From Burkholderiales bacterium (GTDB taxonomy: Bacteria > Pseudomonadota > Gammaproteobacteria > Burkholderiales > JALYOK01): a stretch of 64,000 nucleotides of DNA. The position numbers were made by a program, and so were the translations under genes. Location of the stretch: positions 6,862 through 70,861 of the forward strand of contig JBKJHT010000121.1 in the NCBI GenBank assembly GCA_046598945.1. Reading direction: 5' to 3'. Each line of letters opens with the position of its first letter. Position 1 is the first letter of the stretch. Below are positions 19,697 through 29,797 of the stretch, one piece after another. Under the pieces are notes generated by a model. The model did no database searches. It was not told the DNA's origin and was given only the letters and a program-made list of their open reading frames with translations.

Positions 19697-20604
19697 CGCG
19701 ATGCTTGTGTTCGAGCGCGAAATAGCTGGGTGAATCGATGCACCAACGCTTCATCGAGCAATCCGCGCTGGCGCCAGCGCAAAAACAATGCGACCAGCAA
19801 ACCGAATACCACCATGCGCCAGCCCGCGAACACGCGCGTGGCTTCCAGCAATCCCAAATCGAACGCGACACCCAGCAACGGTCCTAAGCACGTACCGAGT
19901 CCGCCGATTAAGGCATAGCTGACGGCGTGCACGCCGAGCATCGGATCGAACAATGCGGGTTCGATGTAAGTCGCGCGATGTGCGTACAAACCACCACCCA
20001 AAGCGGCAAGCGCACCGGCCGTAGTCGCGGCGACCAAACGCAAGCGCGTAACGGCCAAGCCTTGCGTGGCGGCAAGTACGTCGTCGTGGCCGGTCATGCG
20101 CAGTGCGACGCCCAATCTGCGCCGCTCCAGCCATGCAAATGCGAGCAACACGATTGCCAGCACAGCGGCGATTAATACCAAGTATTGTGACGGTGAAACA
20201 TCGTTTTCCAGCAACCAGCGGATATCGCGAAAGCCATCCAGCCCCGCCGGCCCAACCGGGCCATCGCTCGTTTCCTGCTGGAAGTACCAGGCTTGTAAAC
20301 CCACGCGTACCATCTCACCAAACGCGAACGTCGCGACCGCGTAGTGCAACCCGGAAAGAGGCATGGTGGGCAAGGCCAACAAGCACGACGCGAGCGCGCC
20401 GACCAGCATTCCCGCGAATAATGCGATGGAAAGCGGCCAGTGGGCCATGGCCGAAGCGATACCGGACACGTAGGCGCCTATGCCGAAGAATGCTTGCTGG
20501 CCAAACGAGATTCGACCCACCAGTAGCAATAAATACGCGGACAACGCGAGTAGCGCCATAATGCCCATGTCGCTGGCGAGCCCGACGGCGTGTTCAGCGG
20601 ACAA
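19693..20604 (-). CDS. Liv-type ABC permease (LivM-like), second copy
   Basis: GRISFGQQAFFGIGAY, AVATFAFGEMVR, GGLGT..GP. Confidence 0.9.
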   Translation of the reverse strand: MSAEHAVGLASDMGIMALLALSAYLLLLVGRISFGQQAFFGIGAYVSGIASAMAHWPLSIALFAGMLVGALASCLLALPTMPLSGLHYAVATFAFGEMVRVGLQAWYFQQETSDGPVGPAGLDGFRDIRWLLENDVSPSQYLVLIAAVLAIVLLAFAWLERRRLGVALRMTGHDDVLAATQGLAVTRLRLVAATTAGALAALGGGLYAHRATYIEPALFDPMLGVHAVSYALIGGLGTCLGPLLGVAFDLGLLEATRVFAGWRMVVFGLLVALFLRWRQRGLLDEALVHRFTQLFRARTQASR

Positions 20605-21523
20605 GCGTCGCTTCCTTGTTAAACGTCACCGAACGCCACGGCGCTACCAGCACGAGGAACAGCAACGCGTAGGTTGCGAACTCACGGCCCGCCGCGCCAA
20701 ACAGCGCTTGCGCGTGGGCTTCAACCACGCCAAGCAACAAACCGCCACACAACACGCCGCTGATAGAACCTAATCCGCCGAGCATGGCCGCGACGAGTCC
20801 TTTGACCAGCACCCACATACCGAACATCGGTGTAACTTGACCTGCCAAACTCAGCACAGCAAATGCCGCGATGCCGGACAGCGCGCACGCGAACGCGAAA
20901 GCGAGACGTTGCACGCGCCGCACCGAGATGCCGGCAAGCTGCGCAGCGGTGGGCTGATCCGCCGCCGCGCGCCACGCCAATCCACCACGGCTGACACGCA
21001 GCCAGCGCGCTAGGGCGAACGTGAGCACGATCGCCAGCAACGCAAGTACCAGCCGGTCCGTACGTAACACTAACGGTCCCAGATTCCATTCTTGCGACAC
21101 GGCTAACGATGGAAATGGATTTAAGTGGCGCGGTAACAGATTTACGGCGAGTTGCTCGAGTTGCATCCAGATAGCAAAGCTCGATGCCAGCGCGACGACT
21201 TCGCGGCCATCTCGTCCCGCGACCGGTGGACCGCCACGAACAGCATCTTGACCCGATTCGGATGTGTTAGAGAAACACAGCCATTCGACGTAGAGGCCTA
21301 TCAAGGTCGCCATGCCGATGACAACGATCGCGATGAAAAATATAGGGAGCTCATAACGCTGGTGCAACCATGCGCCGACGTAGGCAGCCAACATTGCGCC
21401 CGCGCCGTAGGCAAGATTCAAGCGCTTGAGGGTACCGAATGTGAGTGAGAGGCCGAGGCCGATCAGCCCGTAGGTTGCACCATCGAGCAGGCCATCCAAC
21501 GTGCGTTGTAGGAGCTCGATCAA
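20594..21523 (-). CDS. Liv-type ABC permease (LivH-like), second copy
   Basis: YGLIGLGLSLTFG..RLNLAYG, LGGLGSISG. Confidence 0.9.
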   Translation of the reverse strand: MIELLQRTLDGLLDGATYGLIGLGLSLTFGTLKRLNLAYGAGAMLAAYVGAWLHQRYELPIFFIAIVVIGMATLIGLYVEWLCFSNTSESGQDAVRGGPPVAGRDGREVVALASSFAIWMQLEQLAVNLLPRHLNPFPSLAVSQEWNLGPLVLRTDRLVLALLAIVLTFALARWLRVSRGGLAWRAAADQPTAAQLAGISVRRVQRLAFAFACALSGIAAFAVLSLAGQVTPMFGMWVLVKGLVAAMLGGLGSISGVLCGGLLLGVVEAHAQALFGAAGREFATYALLFLVLVAPWRSVTFNKEATLVR

Positions 21524-21533
21524 AACTCTCTCT

Positions 21534-21680
21534 TAGGGAAGCTCTGAATAAGTTCGAGTTCTAAATGAGACAAGGCGCGAACAAAAAATAGCGACGCAGC
21601 ATATGCGTGATATATAAGGAGATATTTTTTTTGAGCAACGCAGGATCATGACGAAATCGGACTTATTCAGAGCTTCCCTA
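21534..21680. mobile_element. 147-bp MITE-like palindromic element
   Basis: Perfect 20-bp terminal inverted repeats TAGGGAAGCTCTGAATAAGT / ACTTATTCAGAGCTTCCCTA with TA at both ends. Confidence 0.85.
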
Positions 21681-21682
21681 GC

Positions 21683-22399
21683 TCAGGCGGCTCTACGCTG
21701 GCCTAGGTAGGCCCTTTGAATCACGTCGTCCTCCGCGAGCTCGCCCGGCGTTCCGGAGAAACTCACGCGGCCTTGCTCCATAAGGTAGAAATGTTGCGCG
21801 ACTTGAAGCGCCATATGCGCGTTCTGTTCGACGAGAAAAATGCTCACGCCTTCAGCGTGCAATTGGCGAATGATTGAGAAAATTTCCGCGACGACGAGCG
21901 GTGCAAGGCCAACGGATGGCTCATCCATCAGCAGCAATCGGGGGCGTGACATCAGTGCGCGCGCCACGGCCAACATTTGTTGCTCACCACCGGACAACGT
22001 GCCGGCAAGCTGGCCAACACGATCGCGCAATTGCGGGAAGCGCGTCAACATACGATCTACATCATCGCGAATCGCGGCGCGGTCGCGGCGGCGGAATGCG
22101 CCGGCCATCAGATTTTCTTGAACGGTTAACGCAGGGAATACCAAGCGATTTTCCGGTACGAGCGCAAGTCCGCGCGAAACGATCTCCGCCGGACTTAGGC
22201 CCATCAACTCTTCGCCCTCAAATTTCACCGAACCACGCTGTGGGCGTAAGATGCCGGAAAGCGTCATCATCAGCGTCGTCTTGCCCGCACCATTCGGGCC
22301 GAGCAAACAGGTTACTTCGCCGGCTTTTGCCAAGAGCGAAACGCCTTTGAGAGCTTCGATTTTTCCGTAAGCGGTTGCGAGGTCTTTAATGTCGAGCAT
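21683..22399 (-). CDS. ABC ATPase (LivF-like)
   Basis: GPNGAGKTT, LSGGEQQML, LLMDEP; start moved to ATG 22399. Confidence 0.93.
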   Translation of the reverse strand: MLDIKDLATAYGKIEALKGVSLLAKAGEVTCLLGPNGAGKTTLMMTLSGILRPQRGSVKFEGEELMGLSPAEIVSRGLALVPENRLVFPALTVQENLMAGAFRRRDRAAIRDDVDRMLTRFPQLRDRVGQLAGTLSGGEQQMLAVARALMSRPRLLLMDEPSVGLAPLVVAEIFSIIRQLHAEGVSIFLVEQNAHMALQVAQHFYLMEQGRVSFSGTPGELAEDDVIQRAYLGQRRAA

Positions 22400-22415
22400 G
22401 GCTGTTCTCCGAAAT

Positions 22416-23177
22416 TTAGGCCGCTTTTGCCGCAGGCGTGTCGCTGCCCAAATAAGCCGTGCGTACTTGTGGATCGTCTTGCACTTGAGCCGGGGTACCC
22501 TCAGCAATCTTACGGCCGAAGTTCAACACCGCAACACGATCACACACGCCCATCACCAATTCCATGTGATGTTCGATTAGCAAAATCGTGCGGCCATCGT
22601 CGCGTAATTTTCGAATGCGATTATCGAGATCGTCAATTTCTTCCACGTTCATGCCGGCCGCGGGCTCGTCGAGCAATAGCAATTCCGCACCGGACGCCGC
22701 AGCCCGCGCCAACTCCAAGCGGCGTTGTTCGCCGAACGCGAGATTGCCGGCGAGCATGTCGCGCTTGTTCGCCAAGCTGCTAAATTCGAGCAGCGCTTCA
22801 GCTTGTTCACGCGCGGCCTTGGCGCCCGAGAGCCAACGCTCACGAATTCCCGCCCATCCGGTCGCACGAACAACGCGCGCGGCCCACACGTTTTGCCAGA
22901 CGGTGAGATGGCCGAATAGGCGGATATTTTGAAACGTGCGCGCGATGCCCAATTCACAGCGTTGGTGTTGTGCGAGATCGCCTAGGTCTTGGCCTTTGAA
23001 GTGGATCGTTCCCGAGGTCGGTTTAAACAGTCCGGCGATAAGATTGACCGTCGTGCTTTTGCCCGAACCGTTGGGACCAATCAGTCCGAGAATTTCACCT
23101 TGGCGGACTTGTAGATCGAGTTGATCGACCGCTTTTACGCCACCGAAATGACGGCTGACATTTTTGAGTTCAAGCAT
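22416..23177 (-). CDS. ABC ATPase (LivG-like)
   Basis: GPNGSGKST, RTFQNIRLF, LLLDEPAAG, IEHHM; start moved to ATG 23177. Confidence 0.93.
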   Translation of the reverse strand: MLELKNVSRHFGGVKAVDQLDLQVRQGEILGLIGPNGSGKSTTVNLIAGLFKPTSGTIHFKGQDLGDLAQHQRCELGIARTFQNIRLFGHLTVWQNVWAARVVRATGWAGIRERWLSGAKAAREQAEALLEFSSLANKRDMLAGNLAFGEQRRLELARAAASGAELLLLDEPAAGMNVEEIDDLDNRIRKLRDDGRTILLIEHHMELVMGVCDRVAVLNFGRKIAEGTPAQVQDDPQVRTAYLGSDTPAAKAA

Positions 23178-24099
23178 GATTGGCCTGCGCTTGAGTCTTA
23201 ATGGAATCGGTGGACGTTGAACGCGAACGCCACGGTAAGCGTAACGCACCGCTCAACACACCACTCGGGCGAATGAGCATCACGAGCAAAATCAACGCGC
23301 CGAACAACAGACTGCGCCAATCGCCGAGAAAACGTAGACCTTCGATGAGAAACCCTTGAATGAAAATCACCGCGATCACCGTGCCGGCGATGCTGGCAAG
23401 TCCACCGAGAATGGGGTACGCGATGGCGAATGTCGCGAGCAAAATCGTAAAATTGCCGTGCTCAATGTGAGTTGCGTAGTGGGCGAATAGTGCGCCTGCT
23501 AACCCAGCGATTGCACCACCGATGCCGAACGCGGACACTTTTGCGACGGTAAGATTAATCCCGACGCTTTGCGCAGCGACTTCGTCCTCGCCCACGGCGC
23601 GCCACAGCGTGCCGATGCGGGTGCGATCTAGCCTCCAGAGCAGCAGCATCACTAACGCGACTAGCACCCAAATGAAAGCAGCGACTTGCCACACGCTCCA
23701 GCCGTGACTCGGAAAGTAGCGAATTCCGCCGAAACCGAGCCCGCCATTTGGGCCAATTGGGCCTTGCGACGTTTGGACTTGCCAGGTGAGGTTGAAGAAC
23801 ACCAAGCGCACAATTTCCGCAAATGCCGTCGTCGCGACGACCAGCATCAATCCTTTCACGCGCAGCGCAGGAAAGCCTACCGCGATGGCGACTGCCGCCG
23901 CGATCAGCGAGGCGGCCGGGAGTGCCAAAAGTAACGGCCAACCGAACATTGCGGTCAGCATGCCTGCGGAATACGCGCCGATTGCAAAGAAGCCGCCTTG
24001 CGCCAAGCTCACTTGGCCGGTGTGCAACACGCACCACGCAGACAACCCCAACAGCGTGTGAATGCCGATGACTTGAGCGAGACTCAAATAGAAGTCCAT
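23170..24099 (-). CDS. Liv-type ABC permease (LivM-like)
   Basis: TGQVSLAQGGFFAIGAY, VATTAFAEIVR, RAVGEDEVAA. Confidence 0.92.
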   Translation of the reverse strand: MDFYLSLAQVIGIHTLLGLSAWCVLHTGQVSLAQGGFFAIGAYSAGMLTAMFGWPLLLALPAASLIAAAVAIAVGFPALRVKGLMLVVATTAFAEIVRLVFFNLTWQVQTSQGPIGPNGGLGFGGIRYFPSHGWSVWQVAAFIWVLVALVMLLLWRLDRTRIGTLWRAVGEDEVAAQSVGINLTVAKVSAFGIGGAIAGLAGALFAHYATHIEHGNFTILLATFAIAYPILGGLASIAGTVIAVIFIQGFLIEGLRFLGDWRSLLFGALILLVMLIRPSGVLSGALRLPWRSRSTSTDSIKTQAQANHA

Positions 24100-24111
24100 G
24101 GCGATCTCCCG

Positions 24112-24996
24112 TTAGTCCCGTCCGCCGGGCGCGCTGAACAAGCCGCCCGGCCTAAATACCAGGAACACAAAGAGCAGCAGCATTACATAGATATCGCGCT
24201 CGCTCACACCGCGCAAAAACTGAAATAAATTTTCGGCCCCGCCGACGATCAATCCCGCGACGATCGCGCCGGGTATGCTACCGAGTCCACCAATTACCGT
24301 AACCACCAAGCCTTTCACAGTCAACGGCAACGACAATAGCGGGGATAACACGCCAATCGCCGCGCCAGCCATTGCGCCAGCGGTGCCGCCGAGCAGGCCG
24401 GCGATGACGAAGGTGCTGGCATTGGTGCCATCGACACTCATGCCGCACAGGCGTGCCGCGATGGGTTGTTGCGCGACAGCACGAGTCGCGAGGCCGAGGC
24501 GAGTGCGCTTTAATAGCAGCGTGAGTCCCACCATCGCCAAACAGCCAAGGGCGAAAACAAACAACAAATCGCCACGAATCATGAACGGACCGATTTCGAA
24601 ATTCGCGCCGGAGAATAGCGCCGGATAATTGAGTGGCATGCCATCGGTCGCGTGGACGATGGTTTCCTCCAAGAGCAACAACATGCCCACCGTCGACATC
24701 AACGTAGCAAGCGGTTTATCGAGTGGGACGAAACGAAAGCAAATGAAATAAATCAACGCGCCCAACCCGCCGCCCATGAGTGTTGCGACTAAATAAACGA
24801 CGGGCGACGGTACAATCTTTACGACGATTAAACTCAAATACGCGGCGCCAATGGAAGCAGCCGCGTAAGAAAGATTGATTTTGTGCATCACGCCGAAGAT
24901 CAGCGTAAAGCCGATACCGATTAATGCGTAAATGGTACCGAACATCACCCCGTCGAAGACCGACTGCATGAGGTCCAACAGATCCAACATTGACAT
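24112..24996 (-). CDS. Liv-type ABC permease (LivH-like)
   Basis: YALIGIGFTLIFGV...INL, IGGLGSIPGA, RPGGLF; exact start uncertain. Confidence 0.92.
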   Translation of the reverse strand: MSMLDLLDLMQSVFDGVMFGTIYALIGIGFTLIFGVMHKINLSYAAASIGAAYLSLIVVKIVPSPVVYLVATLMGGGLGALIYFICFRFVPLDKPLATLMSTVGMLLLLEETIVHATDGMPLNYPALFSGANFEIGPFMIRGDLLFVFALGCLAMVGLTLLLKRTRLGLATRAVAQQPIAARLCGMSVDGTNASTFVIAGLLGGTAGAMAGAAIGVLSPLLSLPLTVKGLVVTVIGGLGSIPGAIVAGLIVGGAENLFQFLRGVSERDIYVMLLLFVFLVFRPGGLFSAPGGRD

Positions 24997-25071
24997 GACG
25001 GAGTGCGTCCTTGAAGTACGCTGCTTTAGTCGCAACCTCGCGCGAAATTTTCCGCGCGAGGTACGAGGTCG

Positions 25072-26289
25072 TTATTGGCCCGCAGGCGTATGCGCCACGA
25101 CCCAAGCGCCACTTTGTGCTTGCACGAAGAGGAACGGTTTGATCGCTTCGCGGTCTTTTGTGCGGCCAACTTTGCCGAGCAAGCCTTGGGTTTCTGTCAT
25201 ATTCGCCAAAGCTTCACGAATTTTTTGACGGTCGGCTTGAATGGTTTCCGGACGCGCCATGATCTTGTTTTTCTCGATCAAATTCTTCAGCGTGAAAATG
25301 TTTTCCCAGGCCGCAGCGTTGTGCAAATCCATGCTGGCATTCTGCGCGGCCAAGGCTTCGGCAGCTTTTTTAGCTTCCGGCGTCACCGGCGCGAAGCTGG
25401 TTGGAATCAAGATCCCTTCAGCCTGTTGCGCGCAGCCGTTCAAGGTTTCCATGCTTGAAGAGCTGGTTAGACCGACCAACATTTTCGGCTTCACGCCTTG
25501 GCGCTGCATTTCTTTCAGCACGCCGCAGGTGGTGAAGGGGTGTGCAGAAATTGCGACCACATCAGCGTTGGCACGCTTCATTTCGCGCACTTGCGTAGAA
25601 AAGCTGGTATCGGCGAGCAGCCACTCGCTTTGACCTAAGACTTCGAATCCACCTTTAGTCGCGATGTCTTTCATGGAATTAAACGTCGCATTGCTGTGAG
25701 CGAAGTCCTTCTCCACGCCGCCCCAGAATGTCTTAACTTGCGGGTGGCTAGTTTTGATCCAGTCGAACATGCTCTTATACATTGTCGCTTCGCTCGGCAC
25801 ATTGCGGAATGCCCACTGCGAAATCGATGCGAGGCCACCTTTCGCCGCCACGTCGGTGTAGAGCGGGAACTGCAACCCGGAATCGCTAGCATCGCCTACT
25901 TTCTTTTGCAGAATGCCGAATACCGGCTCGGCAACGCTGCTGCAGGTTGGGCCGACTGCGACGATGCCATCTTCAGACGCAGCGATGCGACGCAGCACGT
26001 TGATGCCCTCTTCCACGTTGCAGCGATCGTCCAAGTATTCGATGACGAGTTTCGCTTTTGCACCGTCACCCATTGTGACGCCACCGGCCTTGTTGATCTG
26101 ATCCGCGGCAGCCTTCATTGCCGCTTCGCTGTTCAAGCCGAATATACGAACCACGCCGCTTTTAGCGCCGAAGCCATAAATTTTGACGGTGCGCTCTTGT
26201 GCAACTGCTGAAACGCTGGCCACCGATACGGTTAGCGCGCTAGCGAGAACCGTGAGGGCAATACGAGAACGATTGTAAAACTGAACCAT
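25072..26289 (-). CDS. Liv-type ABC substrate-binding protein
   Basis: Signal peptide; INKAGG, DDRC, VGPTCSS, AFRN pattern; GGAGG RBS. Confidence 0.9.
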   Translation of the reverse strand: MVQFYNRSRIALTVLASALTVSVASVSAVAQERTVKIYGFGAKSGVVRIFGLNSEAAMKAAADQINKAGGVTMGDGAKAKLVIEYLDDRCNVEEGINVLRRIAASEDGIVAVGPTCSSVAEPVFGILQKKVGDASDSGLQFPLYTDVAAKGGLASISQWAFRNVPSEATMYKSMFDWIKTSHPQVKTFWGGVEKDFAHSNATFNSMKDIATKGGFEVLGQSEWLLADTSFSTQVREMKRANADVVAISAHPFTTCGVLKEMQRQGVKPKMLVGLTSSSSMETLNGCAQQAEGILIPTSFAPVTPEAKKAAEALAAQNASMDLHNAAAWENIFTLKNLIEKNKIMARPETIQADRQKIREALANMTETQGLLGKVGRTKDREAIKPFLFVQAQSGAWVVAHTPAGQ

Positions 26290-26397
26290 GACAGACCTCC
26301 TCAGAGAATTTAAAAAACTACCAATCGATAACCTTGAAAGTTGGAGTACAGCGTTCGTACTTTTTTATACCGATATTGCAAACTTCATTTCATCCAG

Positions 26398-28137
26398 CTA
26401 GCGATGCCCAGCGCTCTGACGCCAGTTGCGTTCTGCTTCGTCCCAAACGCCGAGCGCCTGAAGGTCAGGCACCCAAGCTAAGCCGGTTTTTCCGTCAGAC
26501 GATTTCGCTTCCGGTGTAACGACTACATCTAGCAAAGAGGGACGGTTTGCCAGGGCACGTTCGATGGCGCCGGGCAGGTCTTCAGTTCTTTCTACGCGTT
26601 CCGCATGCATGCCGAAGGCGCGCGCCATCGCGGCATAATCGGAGAACTGCAAACGCGTGCCGACTACTTTGCCGTGGGTGTCGGTCTGATCATGGACTTC
26701 AATTTGCCACGCGCCATTGTTCGCGACTACGATCAACACTGAAGCCTGATGTCGCACGGCAGTGTCGATCTCCATGGCGTTGAAGCCGAACGCGCCGTCG
26801 CCGGTCGCGACGACCACTTGCCGATCGGGATAAGCGAGGCTCGCGGCGATACCGAACGGCGTGCCAATGCCAATGCACCCAAGGGAACCTGGATCAAGAT
26901 AGGTAGACGCGGGCAATCCGACGCGCGCGAAGCTCAAGAAATCGCCGCCGTCCGCAATGATCACTGCGTCAGGCGCGAGTTGTTTTTGCAACTCGCCGAG
27001 CAAACGATTGGGATGAATGCGTCCATCGCTTCCTGGTGCAGCCGTTTGCATGGCTTGGCGCAGTTTGATTGCGCGCTCTTCGTGCTTTTGTCGAGTGGTG
27101 GTCAACCAATTGCGCTCGGCATTGGCTGCGCGATTACCTGCAACGTGAACCATCGCGCTAAGCGTAGCTGCCGGTTGCGCGAAGATTTCCACTTCGCCTC
27201 TTCGATTGTCGCGCAAGTCGCCAGGCGCATCGCCAATGCGGATGAAGCGCGCAGCGCCGAATATCGCAGGCGAGCCGAAGGCCAATTGGAAATCGAGACG
27301 GCGACCGAGCGTAACAATCACATCGGCTTCGGTCATCACGGTGCCGCGCATCGCCGCGACGACGGACGGATGCGAGTCCGGCACGAGGCCTTTGCTTTCG
27401 CCGGTATCAAGATACAGCGCGCCGCATTTGTCGAGCAACGCTGTCAATTCGGGGCCCGCGCCACGCGCGCCGCGGCCGCTGATGATCAACGGCCGCCTCG
27501 CCGACCAAAGCAGTTCGACTGCGGCCTCAATATCGTTGGGATCGGGACGCAAAACCGGCTTTGCCTTCGGGCGGAAATGTTCCTCCAATTGCAGCGGGCG
27601 CGGCACTTCGGCACGCAACGTGTCCACCGGAAAATCTAAATACACCGGGCCAGGATCGCCACCTTGTCCGAAGGCGCGGGAAACGGCTTCATCGAGTTCT
27701 TGCAACACTAAAGAAGGTTCACGCACCGTCCGGGCATAACGCGTGAGCGAGCGTACTAAGTCCGTATGGACGATGTCCTGCAACGCGCCGCGATTTTCTT
27801 GCGGGCGCGGCGGCAGGCCCGATAACACCAGCACCGATGCGCGTGCGATGTGGGCATTGGCGATGCCGGTCATAGCATTCGTAACCCCAGGACCGGCGGT
27901 TACGAGCGCCACGCCGAGTTGCCCGGTGAGTTCGCTGTGGGCGTGGGCCATGTACACCGCTGCACGCTCATCGCGCACGTCTATGATACGGATGCCTTCG
28001 GCATCGCAACGCATAAAGATCGGCATGATGTGGCCGCCGCACAGCGTAAAGATGCGATCCACGCCGCGTGCTTTAAGAAATCGGGCGATGACACCCGCGG
28101 CGCTATCGGCGGTGATCGGCGGAGGTGTAATGCTCAT
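26398..28137 (-). CDS. ThDP-dependent enzyme, 2-hydroxyacyl-CoA lyase-like (actinobacterial 2-hydroxyisobutyryl-CoA lyase type)
   Basis: DVRDE catalytic Glu, TAGPG, GALQD, GDGAFG...NN ThDP motif followed by AWQIE..DQ, and C-terminal lid GLAWVPDLQALGVWDEAE. Confidence 0.8.
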   Translation of the reverse strand: MSITPPPITADSAAGVIARFLKARGVDRIFTLCGGHIMPIFMRCDAEGIRIIDVRDERAAVYMAHAHSELTGQLGVALVTAGPGVTNAMTGIANAHIARASVLVLSGLPPRPQENRGALQDIVHTDLVRSLTRYARTVREPSLVLQELDEAVSRAFGQGGDPGPVYLDFPVDTLRAEVPRPLQLEEHFRPKAKPVLRPDPNDIEAAVELLWSARRPLIISGRGARGAGPELTALLDKCGALYLDTGESKGLVPDSHPSVVAAMRGTVMTEADVIVTLGRRLDFQLAFGSPAIFGAARFIRIGDAPGDLRDNRRGEVEIFAQPAATLSAMVHVAGNRAANAERNWLTTTRQKHEERAIKLRQAMQTAAPGSDGRIHPNRLLGELQKQLAPDAVIIADGGDFLSFARVGLPASTYLDPGSLGCIGIGTPFGIAASLAYPDRQVVVATGDGAFGFNAMEIDTAVRHQASVLIVVANNGAWQIEVHDQTDTHGKVVGTRLQFSDYAAMARAFGMHAERVERTEDLPGAIERALANRPSLLDVVVTPEAKSSDGKTGLAWVPDLQALGVWDEAERNWRQSAGHR

Positions 28138-29780
28138 GATCGTTCCTTGGCGGGTTTACGCGTTTGTTTTTTGAGCGCACGAAGATCGATCACACCAGGT
28201 TCCTTAAGTGGATCGGTTCCCGGCGGAAAGATGCTAACCTTTTGAATCTTTTGCGAGCTGGTTGTCGGTAGTTTGTCGACGAACAGAAAATACGCAGGCG
28301 CTTTAAAGTAGGCGAGGCGCTCGCAGCAGTACTCAAATAGCTCGCGTGCGAAATGTTCACCGGCTTGATCCGAGGCTTTCGGAATCACGAGCGCCATGAC
28401 CTCTTCCTCGCGAATTTCATCCGGTACGGCGATTACTGCGACTTGTTTAACTTTGTCGTGCGAGGTGATGCATTCTTCGATCTCGGCGGCGGCGATGTTT
28501 TCTCCGGCGCGGCGGATGATGTTTTTGCTGCGGTCCATGAAGAAATACATACCACTTTCATCGCGCTTGACGACATCCCCGGTGTGGAACCAGCCGTTGC
28601 GCCAGGCTTCGTCGGTCGCCTTTTGGTTTTTCAAATAGCCGCTGAAAAACCCTTCGCGCGGCGTTTCGGCGCTGTGGCGGATAACCAGTTCTCCGCCCTC
28701 GCCGACGGGAACTTCGTTGTCGTTGGCATCGACGGCACGTAACTCGGCGCCGTGCACTGATCGTCCGAGTGCGCGGGTGTGGATCATTCGTGGTTCTTCG
28801 TGTGCGGTGGTCATGCGGCCGGTTTCGGTCATGGCCCACATTTCAACTAACGGGAAACGGTAACGGCGCTCGAATTCTTCGTGTAGGCTCGGCTCGCAGC
28901 CGGCGCAAAGTGCAAACTTGACTTTGTGTGTGCGCTCCAATGGCGAATTAGGCAACTTCAGCAGGATCGCCGGAATGACGCCTTGAAACTGAATCGCGGT
29001 GACGCGGCAGTTCACAATATCATCCCAGAATGTGCTGGCGTGAAAGCGATCGGGAAACACCAAGCATCCGCCGGCGAGCAACATGGCGGGCAGCGAAATG
29101 GAAAAGGCATTTGCATGATGCAGCGGCAGCGGATTGTAAAGCCGCTCTTCGCCGTCCTTGAGCGCTAGCGTATGGCCGCGCGAAAGAAACCACTGACCCC
29201 AGTAGTGAAAATACTCGTTGGTCAGCACGCAACCTTTTGGCCGTCCGGTCGTGCCCGAGGTATAGAGCAGACCCGCTTCGGTTTTGCCGTCGGGGACTTC
29301 GTTCTTCGCCGGGACCAGCGGTCTGGGCAATGCGGCGGATAAATCGTCGAACGGCAATACCGGTATCGGCTTCGCAAGCGCGTTTGAGGCGGCTTGCAAA
29401 TCGGCGAGGCGCTCCTTGATGCCAAAAGCAACACAACACTCGGAATGTTCGAGCAGATAAACGATTTCGTCGTGGCGATAGTCCGGGTTGACGCTGACGG
29501 TGCTGCATCCCAGCGCATTCAACGCGAAGTGGTGAAACACGAACTCGGGCCGCTGCTCGAACAAAATCGCGACACGGTGTCCCGGCCCATAGCCGGCATC
29601 GCGATAGAAGCGAATTCGCTCTTGCACGGCTGAGAAAGTTTCGTTCCAGGTATATTCCTTACCTTCTGGATAATAAGCGCGACCGGCCATAGGCGGGACC
29701 GCATAGGCGGGGCGATCGCCATACTTCGCGACGCTACGTTGCAACGATTGATAAAGTGTGCCGAGGGCTAGGGCGTCCAT
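28134..29780 (-). CDS. Acyl-CoA ligase (CaiC-like AMP-binding protein)
   Basis: YTSGTTGRPKG, WAMTE, WFHTGD, DRSKNIIRRAGENI, KIQK; overlaps the ThDP gene by 4 nt (ATGA). Confidence 0.92.
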   Translation of the reverse strand: MDALALGTLYQSLQRSVAKYGDRPAYAVPPMAGRAYYPEGKEYTWNETFSAVQERIRFYRDAGYGPGHRVAILFEQRPEFVFHHFALNALGCSTVSVNPDYRHDEIVYLLEHSECCVAFGIKERLADLQAASNALAKPIPVLPFDDLSAALPRPLVPAKNEVPDGKTEAGLLYTSGTTGRPKGCVLTNEYFHYWGQWFLSRGHTLALKDGEERLYNPLPLHHANAFSISLPAMLLAGGCLVFPDRFHASTFWDDIVNCRVTAIQFQGVIPAILLKLPNSPLERTHKVKFALCAGCEPSLHEEFERRYRFPLVEMWAMTETGRMTTAHEEPRMIHTRALGRSVHGAELRAVDANDNEVPVGEGGELVIRHSAETPREGFFSGYLKNQKATDEAWRNGWFHTGDVVKRDESGMYFFMDRSKNIIRRAGENIAAAEIEECITSHDKVKQVAVIAVPDEIREEEVMALVIPKASDQAGEHFARELFEYCCERLAYFKAPAYFLFVDKLPTTSSQKIQKVSIFPPGTDPLKEPGVIDLRALKKQTRKPAKERS

Positions 29781-29797
29781 AGTTTCAAGTCGAGTAG

